DNA of 52,363 nt from Bacillota bacterium (GTDB taxonomy: Bacteria > Bacillota > Clostridia > DUPQ01): positions 1 through 52,363 of the forward strand of contig DAINQB010000010.1 in assembly GCA_036743175.1 (NCBI GenBank), written 5' to 3'. Shown here one piece after another: positions 1 through 5,608 of the stretch. The translations under genes were made by a program, and so were the position numbers. The notes beneath the pieces are model-generated. The model had not been told where the DNA came from and did not search any database. It saw nothing but the letters and a program-made list of their open reading frames with translations. Position 1 is the first letter of the stretch. Every line of letters begins with the position of its first letter.

Positions 1-70
1 GGGCAAACCCTCCGTAAGGCGGGGACGCAAAGCCAGGAGTCCCAAGTCGGATCGTTCGGTTGCATAATTT
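1..70 (+). promoter_or_regulatory. c-di-GMP-I (GEMM-I) riboswitch aptamer, 5' end cut by window edge, upstream of the adhesin gene
   Basis: GGGCAAACCC-TCC-GTAA-GGC-GGGGACGCAAAGCC...GGTTGC: P2 with GNRA loop, conserved GGACGCAAAGCC junction, P3 closing GGTTGC. Equivalents of Vc2 G20/A47/C92 are present. P3 is somewhat degenerate. Confidence 0.85.
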
Positions 71-110
71 AGGGATGTTAGAATGTTACACAAGTATTAG
101 GAGGGTAAAC

Positions 111-2762
111 ATGAGAAAGAGAAGGAAAGGAATACTGGGATTGGCTATTGCTTTAGTCTTTATTATATCCCAGTTGACAGGAGTGGTCAGTGTATATGCT
201 GATCCCCCTGAAGAAAAGGTGACAGGTACTATAAGATATACATCAGGTACAAGCAGTTATCTTACAGCTACCTACAGTGGACTCAGTCCGCTTCCAAATG
301 AATTCGGTATTGGAAACAGTGCGTATAATGCCTGGTGTGTGGATAATACCAGAACAATCAGTACCGGAACGAACTATGCAGTAACTGTTTACAGCCCATA
401 TGATGGTACATGGGTAGATGATGCATCCATAGATGCTCACAGCAATTGGGTAGATATTCCCTGGGATGATATCACATGGATTGTAAACAACAGAAGCGGA
501 TATACAAAGGACGAGGTACAGAATGCCATATGGCATCTGACAGATGGAATCAGTGTTTCAGGTAATGCGCTTGCACTGATAAACAGCATACCATCAACAG
601 TTGCACCTGGTGAAACATATCCAAAACAGATTCTTGTAAACTGGATGGGCAACGACAGGCAGCTTTTGGTAACCGAATATACACCCCCAAGTTTCACAGT
701 AACCTACAACTCAAATGGAGGCAGCACCCCGGCTCCTGTTGACAGTGCAAGTCCATACTACCCGGGTGAAGAAGTAACAGTCCTTGGTCAGGGTGAAATA
801 TCATGGGCACATCATACTTTTGAAGGCTGGAACACAACATCCGGAGGATCAGGAACGGATTATGATCCGGCAGATACTTTTGATATGGGTTATGCAAATG
901 TGGAACTGTTTGCACAGTGGGAACCCATAGACTATACAGTAACCTATGATCCAGGTGATCATGGTACCTTTGATGCAGATGTTACTGAAGGACTCCACTT
1001 CGGAGATGATACTCCTGTCGCACCGGAAACCCCCGGAGAAACCGGATGGGAATTTAACGGATGGAGCCCCAAACCAACTGAAACAGTGGAAGGAAATGCT
1101 ACATATACAGCACAATGGATACAGGTATTCACCGTAACCTACGACCCCGGAGATCATGGTGATTTCACTGCAGTAGTACACGAAAACCTGCATAATGGTG
1201 ACGATACACCTGCCGCACCCTCAACCCCGGGACAGCCCGGATGGTCATTCAGCAGCTGGAGCCCCACACCAACCACTTTGGTGTCAGGTAGTGCGGTTTA
1301 TGTTGCCCAATGGACGCAGGATGAATATACAGTAACCTTCGAACCCGGCAGCCAGGGAACCTTTGAAACCCAGACTACTACGGGACTTCATTATGGCGAT
1401 GACACGCCAACTGCACCTGAGACTACAGGCAATGCAGGATTTACATTTACAGGATGGAATCCTTTGGTGAACCTTGTTGTTACAGGAAGTGCAATTTATG
1501 TTGCACAGTGGGATCAGGACATTTACACAGTAACATATGATCCGGGTCTTTACGGTACTTTTGATGCTCAGGTAACCGGTGAATTGCTTTATGGCGATGA
1601 TACGCCGGCACCACCGGAAGAAACTCCTTCAGAACCCGGATGGTTATTTGACGGATGGAGTCCGGTACCTTCTGAAATTGTTACCGGGAACGCCACATAC
1701 ATTGCCCAGTGGGTACAGATTGAGTATACTGTGACCTATGAACCAGGCGACCATGGTACTTTTGAAACTCAGATTACAGAAGGACTCCACTATAATGATG
1801 ATACGCCTGATGCTCCGATTACGACCGGAGATGAAGGTTGGGCATTCAATGGATGGACACCTTCAGTTGAGTCACTTGTCACAGGAAATGCTACTTATAC
1901 TGCTCTTTGGACATTGATACCGGTTGATGGACTGGATATTACCAAATCCGTCAATTTTGATGATGTTTTTGTAGGTACAGAAATTCAGTTTACAATAACA
2001 GTTACTAACACTGGCAATACAGTACTTTATTCGGTAAATGTTGTTGATGAGATGCTCGGTGTTTCACAGTCATTTGAACTCCTGGATCCCCAGCAAAGCG
2101 AGGAAATAATTGTTTCCTATACAACTACTTCGGAAGATGTTCCCGGATTCACAAATACAGCTGTAAGCACAGCCTTAGGCCAGACGCAGGAAGTACTCAG
2201 GGATGAAGCAAGCGTTAGTGTAACAGTAAGTCTGTTGCCTCCTCCGCCTCCGCCACCGGTTCTGGTACCCGGAATATCAGTTAGCATAACTCCGGATGCT
2301 GCCTTGGTTGAGTCAGGGACACCTGTAACTTTCACAATGAATGTGACCAATACAGGACTGCTTGTTCTCTACAATGTAGAAGTGGTCAATACTGACCTTG
2401 ATTTCAGTACAACCATACCAATACTTTATGTTCTGGAAACGCAAACCTTTACTGTAACCAAGACTCTGACAGAAGCAGGTGATTTCAGTTACACTGTAAC
2501 TGCTACAGGAACAGCACCTAGTGTTTCCGCGGTAAGCGATACAGATGTAACAACTGTTGGGGTATTCACTACAGAGATACCAGAGAATCCACCGGAAGAA
2601 CCGGTTATACCTCCGGATGAACCGGTACCCGGTGACACTGTGGAAAATCCACAGACCGGTGTTCTTCCGGCATCTGCTCTTGCCTTCTCAGGAATATTCA
2701 CTTTGGGAGCAGGAATCATAGCACTCATCAAGAGAAAAAAAGAAGATGATGGGGAAGAATGA
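111..2762 (+). CDS. Sortase-anchored surface adhesin (~883 aa): signal peptide, putative thioester (TED/TQXA-like) domain, InlB-B/Listeria-Bacteroides-type repeats, two DUF11/DUF7507-like Ig domains, Pro-rich linker, NPQTG sorting signal
   Basis: AGGAGG at 99-104 before ATG 111 (the ORF-track TTG at 60 lies inside the riboswitch). N-terminus MRKRRKGILGLAIALVFII..VYA; AWCVD...VQNAIW...RQLLV motifs; repeated YTVTYDPG..GW....A.Y.AQW; ITKSV..GTEIQFTITVTNTGN; C-terminal NPQTG + hydrophobic helix + KRKK. Confidence 0.85.
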   Translation: MRKRRKGILGLAIALVFIISQLTGVVSVYADPPEEKVTGTIRYTSGTSSYLTATYSGLSPLPNEFGIGNSAYNAWCVDNTRTISTGTNYAVTVYSPYDGTWVDDASIDAHSNWVDIPWDDITWIVNNRSGYTKDEVQNAIWHLTDGISVSGNALALINSIPSTVAPGETYPKQILVNWMGNDRQLLVTEYTPPSFTVTYNSNGGSTPAPVDSASPYYPGEEVTVLGQGEISWAHHTFEGWNTTSGGSGTDYDPADTFDMGYANVELFAQWEPIDYTVTYDPGDHGTFDADVTEGLHFGDDTPVAPETPGETGWEFNGWSPKPTETVEGNATYTAQWIQVFTVTYDPGDHGDFTAVVHENLHNGDDTPAAPSTPGQPGWSFSSWSPTPTTLVSGSAVYVAQWTQDEYTVTFEPGSQGTFETQTTTGLHYGDDTPTAPETTGNAGFTFTGWNPLVNLVVTGSAIYVAQWDQDIYTVTYDPGLYGTFDAQVTGELLYGDDTPAPPEETPSEPGWLFDGWSPVPSEIVTGNATYIAQWVQIEYTVTYEPGDHGTFETQITEGLHYNDDTPDAPITTGDEGWAFNGWTPSVESLVTGNATYTALWTLIPVDGLDITKSVNFDDVFVGTEIQFTITVTNTGNTVLYSVNVVDEMLGVSQSFELLDPQQSEEIIVSYTTTSEDVPGFTNTAVSTALGQTQEVLRDEASVSVTVSLLPPPPPPPVLVPGISVSITPDAALVESGTPVTFTMNVTNTGLLVLYNVEVVNTDLDFSTTIPILYVLETQTFTVTKTLTEAGDFSYTVTATGTAPSVSAVSDTDVTTVGVFTTEIPENPPEEPVIPPDEPVPGDTVENPQTGVLPASALAFSGIFTLGAGIIALIKRKKEDDGEE
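930..1915 (+). repeat. Five tandem ~65-aa (~195-201 bp) intragenic repeats in the adhesin, preceded by one longer InlB-B-like unit (~691-925)
   Basis: Units start near 933, 1128, 1326, 1524 and 1725 with (Y/F)TVT(Y/F)(D/E)PG and end in A(Q/L)W. The DNA copies are diverged at synonymous sites. Confidence 0.85.
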
Positions 2763-2793
2763 ATTTAGTCAGCTTTAGATCCACGAATTGATA

Positions 2794-2823
2794 GCAGGGA
2801 GCTCATATGAGCTCCCTGTTTTA
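2794..2823 (+). terminator. Intrinsic terminator between adhesin and sortase
   Basis: Perfect 24-bp palindrome CAGGGAGCTCATATGAGCTCCCTG (2795-2818) followed by TTTT. Confidence 0.75.
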
Positions 2824-2876
2824 CAGTTGTTTTTTGAAGGCAAGACAGGGTAAAATAGACATAATGGAGAAATGAC

Positions 2877-3839
2877 ATGAATGAGCAAAGCAGGAAAAAG
2901 GGAAAAATCAAACGTCGGTTGCTTAATATATTTATTTTAATATGTTTCATTGCTTCAGGATTGTTGCTGTATCAGGCAATCATTACTAAGATTGATGAGA
3001 ATAACAGCATTGAAACTTACTCGGAAATTGAAGCGATTTACGAAAATAGCATAAGGGAAAATCCACCCGAAGTCGTATCACAGGAACCTGTCCCTACTGA
3101 CGATCCAACTGCTTCTGAAAATCCTTCTGAGACATCATCTCCTGAACCAACGATTATACCAACCCCTTCGCCTCGACCCACTCCGTCACCGGAGATTACT
3201 CCAGCACCATCATTAAGTCCCGAGGATAAGGGTATACCTCAGCTTGATTTAATAGACAGAAATGAAATCGTACCGTATTTCAATGATTTACTGGACGTGA
3301 ATGAAGATATACGGGGATATATCAAGATTCCGGGCACAAACATAAGCTATCCCGTTGTACAGGGGCTTGACAATGAATTTTATCTTGAAAGAAACATCTA
3401 TGGGGAAAAAACCATTTCAGCATCAATATTCATGGATTACAGAAACAATCCAAGGGATCTTGATGACAATACAATTATTTATGGACATAATCTAAATACT
3501 ACAATGTTCAATGACCTTGACTATTTCGTGGATGAAAAAACACGGGATGAATATCTTGCTATAGGCGGAACCTTCAGGATGGATACTGCCTTCAGGGTAA
3601 TGGAGTGGGAGATTTTTGCTGCTTATGTAATAGACAAGGATGATTTCAATTATCTTGTAACCAATTTCTATACGGAACAAAGCCACCAGGATTTCATAGA
3701 TAAAATTTACGAACTGTCATGGATAGATACAGGAGTTTTGATTGCTACAGATGATAAAATACTTACTCTTTCCACATGCAACCATTGGTTCAATGATTCA
3801 AGGACAGTTATCCATGCAAGGTTGATTACAAATAACTGA
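2877..3839 (+). CDS. srtB: Class B sortase with long Pro/Ser/Thr-rich linker
   Basis: N-terminal basic patch and TM helix; IKIPGTNISYPVVQGLDNEFYL, SIFMDYRN, IIYGHN, ILTLSTC and downstream R (SRTVIHA) give the His-Cys-Arg triad of SrtB-type enzymes. Confidence 0.9.
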   Translation: MNEQSRKKGKIKRRLLNIFILICFIASGLLLYQAIITKIDENNSIETYSEIEAIYENSIRENPPEVVSQEPVPTDDPTASENPSETSSPEPTIIPTPSPRPTPSPEITPAPSLSPEDKGIPQLDLIDRNEIVPYFNDLLDVNEDIRGYIKIPGTNISYPVVQGLDNEFYLERNIYGEKTISASIFMDYRNNPRDLDDNTIIYGHNLNTTMFNDLDYFVDEKTRDEYLAIGGTFRMDTAFRVMEWEIFAAYVIDKDDFNYLVTNFYTEQSHQDFIDKIYELSWIDTGVLIATDDKILTLSTCNHWFNDSRTVIHARLITNN

Positions 3840-3873
3840 AAACCTATGATTATTACAGTTTTGTAACAAACAC

Positions 3874-3902
3874 TTGCAAAAGAATTAAGTGTGGTGTATA
3901 CT
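3874..3902 (+). promoter_or_regulatory. Sigma-A-type promoter for the tandem-riboswitch RNA
   Basis: TTGCAA (3874-3879), 17-nt spacer, TATACT (3897-3902). Confidence 0.75.
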
Positions 3903-3913
3903 TCTTTTACAGA

Positions 3914-4010
3914 ATCTATATACGAAAAGGCAAACCTGTCGAAAGGCAGCGACGCAAAACTATAGGGCCTGAACCGAAAGGGATGGCAGCCAGGATACCG
4001 AAATTTAGAT
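3914..4010 (+). promoter_or_regulatory. c-di-GMP-I riboswitch aptamer (tandem copy 1)
   Basis: GAAAAGGCAAACCTGTC-GAAA-GGCAGCGACGCAAAACTATAGGGCCT...GGCAGCCAGGATACCGAA. G20/A47/C92 equivalents intact; ATCTA (3914-3918) can pair with TAGAT (4006-4010) to extend P1. Confidence 0.92.
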
Positions 4011-4035
4011 TTTTTATTTGGACTTTGAAACATGA

Positions 4036-4135
4036 ATAACAATGACGAAAAGGCAAATCCACCGAAAGGTGGGGACGCAAAGCCAAAGGGCATAAACAAT
4101 TTTGTACGGCAGCCGGTTACCGAATTTTATGTTAT
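4036..4135 (+). promoter_or_regulatory. c-di-GMP-I riboswitch aptamer (tandem copy 2)
   Basis: GAAAAGGCAAATCCACC-GAAA-GGTGGGGACGCAAAGCC...GGCAGCCGGTTACCGAA, near-consensus. ATAACA (4036-4041) can pair with TGTTAT (4130-4135). Confidence 0.95.
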
Positions 4136-4325
4136 CATCAGCAGTCTTATCATCCAGCCGGATGAGTACAGGATTACAAGTTAACTGAATACCTTTGACA
4201 AAGCGTCTGATTATGGTTTTGGAGCCAGGATGTAAATTTTTTCATGCATCCAACGGCTTTGAAATAGTTGACTAACATTCCCTTAACACATGATGAAAAT
4301 CACGTGGATCTGATTTAATCTTGAT

Positions 4326-4361
4326 ACCGGCCGGCTTTTGAAGTTGACCGGTTATTTTCTT
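4326..4361 (+). terminator. Probable intrinsic terminator ending the tandem-aptamer transcript
   Basis: ACCGGCCGGCTT-TTG-AAGTTGACCGGT stem (one mismatch, two GU pairs) followed by TATTTTCTT. Confidence 0.6.
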
Positions 4362-4414
4362 GTATAGGGGGATTTACATCACGAAAAGCCTTATTTACAT
4401 TGATAATTTTTTGT

Positions 4415-4443
4415 TTGACAGTAAAATACTAATCTGTTAATAT
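4415..4443 (+). promoter_or_regulatory. Sigma-A promoter of tRNA-Gln
   Basis: TTGACA (4415-4420), 17-nt spacer, TGn-TAATAT (4438-4443). Confidence 0.75.
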
Positions 4444-4454
4444 TCTTAATGCAG

Positions 4455-4528
4455 TGCCGAATTGTGTAATGGTAGCACAACTGACTCTGGATCAGTCTGT
4501 GAGGGTTCAAATCCTTCTTCGGCAGCCA
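4455..4528 (+). tRNA. tRNA-Gln (anticodon CTG)
   Basis: Acceptor TGCCGAA/TTCGGCA, anticodon arm ACTGA-CTCTGGA-TCAGT, T-loop TTCAAAT, encoded CCA. Confidence 0.97.
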
Positions 4529-4557
4529 GGCCCTCCCTTTACGGAGGGTCTTTTTTT
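4529..4557 (+). terminator. Intrinsic terminator after tRNA-Gln
   Basis: GGCCCTCC-CTTTAC-GGAGGGTC followed by T7. Confidence 0.85.
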
Positions 4558-4594
4558 ATGTATTATTTGTGTAAATTGACTGATAGGAAGTATT

Positions 4595-5284
4595 ATGAAA
4601 AAGCATTTGAAAACCCTGCTGTTTACAATCCTGGCACTGTCCGTGACAGTTGTTTTGATGATAGTTGCAATTAACATCCATATTGTTTCATATTCAGGCA
4701 AATATATTGTTGATTCTGTCGAAGAGATAGCTGAAATAGTACCTGTTCCTGTACAGGCGGTGGTTGTACTTGGTGCCAGGGTTTATCCGGACGGCAGACC
4801 CTGTGCGATGCTCCAGGACAGGCTGGATGCCGGGATATCCGTCTATGAAAATGATTTGTCGCTGAAATTGCTGCTGACCGGTGACCATGGTACCATTGGA
4901 TATGATGAAGTCAATTCAATGAAGGAATATACATTGGGACAAGGTATTCCAAAGGAGGATGTTTTCCTTGATCATGCCGGCTTTTCAACCTATGACAGCA
5001 TGGTCAGGGCTGCCAGGATTTTCAAAGTCGAAAGTGCAGTTGTTTCAACACAGGAATTTCATTTGTACCGGGCCATATACATCGCACGAAGGAATGGAAT
5101 TGAGGCATGGGGTATAAAAGCCGACCTCAGGAAATATCCACAAAGCGAAATCTTACGCTATACAGTCAGGGAGTGGCTTGCAAGGACCAAGGATTTCTTC
5201 TATGTGAACATTCTAAGGAAGGACCCGGTATACCTTGGCCAAGCAATTCCAATAACAGGTGACAGTTCACCTTCATATGATTGA
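4595..5284 (+). CDS. SanA/YdcF/ElyC (DUF218) family membrane-anchored protein
   Basis: N-terminal TM helix; VVLGARVYPDG, LQDRLDAG, LLLTGD, YDEVNSMK, LDHAGFSTYDS, QEFHLYRAIYIA motifs typical of SanA-like proteins. Confidence 0.85.
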   Translation: MKKHLKTLLFTILALSVTVVLMIVAINIHIVSYSGKYIVDSVEEIAEIVPVPVQAVVVLGARVYPDGRPCAMLQDRLDAGISVYENDLSLKLLLTGDHGTIGYDEVNSMKEYTLGQGIPKEDVFLDHAGFSTYDSMVRAARIFKVESAVVSTQEFHLYRAIYIARRNGIEAWGIKADLRKYPQSEILRYTVREWLARTKDFFYVNILRKDPVYLGQAIPITGDSSPSYD

Positions 5285-5294
5285 CCATGCATGC

Positions 5295-5323
5295 TTGACA
5301 CTAATATTTGGCATATATATAAT
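5295..5323 (+). promoter_or_regulatory. Consensus sigma-A promoter of the ileS T-box leader
   Basis: TTGACA (5295-5300), 17-nt spacer, TATAAT (5318-5323). Confidence 0.9.
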
Positions 5324-5334
5324 ATCAATAATCA

Positions 5335-5590
5335 GTTAAAAGCTGTGAACGGAACAAGTAAGTATCCTGAGGTAGCTAAGAGAACAGCCGGTTGGTGGAA
5401 GGCTGTGTACCGGGATTTCTGAATATCATCCGTGAGCTTTTCCCCGGAATCGAGTATGGGGAAACGGGGGCAACCGTTATCAATGCAGGATATAGAATGT
5501 ATCCGATGAGTGGCTTGCAAAAGCAAACAGGGTGGTACCGCGTGAGAAAATGCTCTTTCGTCCCAGTGTGGATGAGAGGGCTTTATTTAT
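5335..5590 (+). promoter_or_regulatory. T-box riboswitch, Ile specifier
   Basis: Stem I with AGAGA and GGTGGAA elements, specifier ATC at 5425-5427, T-box AACAGGGTGGTACCGCG at 5526-5542, terminator hairpin 5552-5581 + TTTATTT, directly upstream of ileS. Confidence 0.93.
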
Positions 5591-5608
5591 ATACAATTGG
5601 AGGAAGAA

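Larger units (their letters stand above)
3909..4361 (+). ncRNA. Candidate ~450-nt non-coding RNA carrying two c-di-GMP-I aptamers and a structured 3' domain
   Basis: Own promoter, two aptamers, hairpins at 4150-4165 and 4217-4264, terminator-like hairpin 4326-4361, and no ORF with a credible RBS. The downstream tRNA has a separate promoter. Confidence 0.55.

Noticed and set aside
930-1915. Regularly spaced repeats as a CRISPR array
   Set aside because: They are ~200-bp in-frame diverged protein repeats without unique spacers, and there are no cas genes.
1-4135. Aptamers as 3',3'-cGAMP-sensing GEMM-Ib variants
   Set aside because: All three keep G at the Vc2 G20-equivalent position and C92, pointing to c-di-GMP.
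4032-4184. 50-codon + strand ORF (MNNNDEKANPPKGG...YRITS) through the second tandem aptamer
   Set aside because: No real RBS, about two thirds of it is the conserved aptamer, and it resembles no protein. Ribo-seq would settle it.
4174-4278. 34-codon - strand ORF as a possible type I toxin antisense to the riboswitch RNA, as at some C. difficile c-di-GMP loci
   Set aside because: Not hydrophobic, purine tract abuts the ATG without spacing, and no minus-strand promoter is evident.
4455-4528. tRNA-Gln as the integration site of the adhesin block
   Set aside because: The block lies on the 5' side of the tRNA, and no integrase or duplicated tRNA end is visible in the window.
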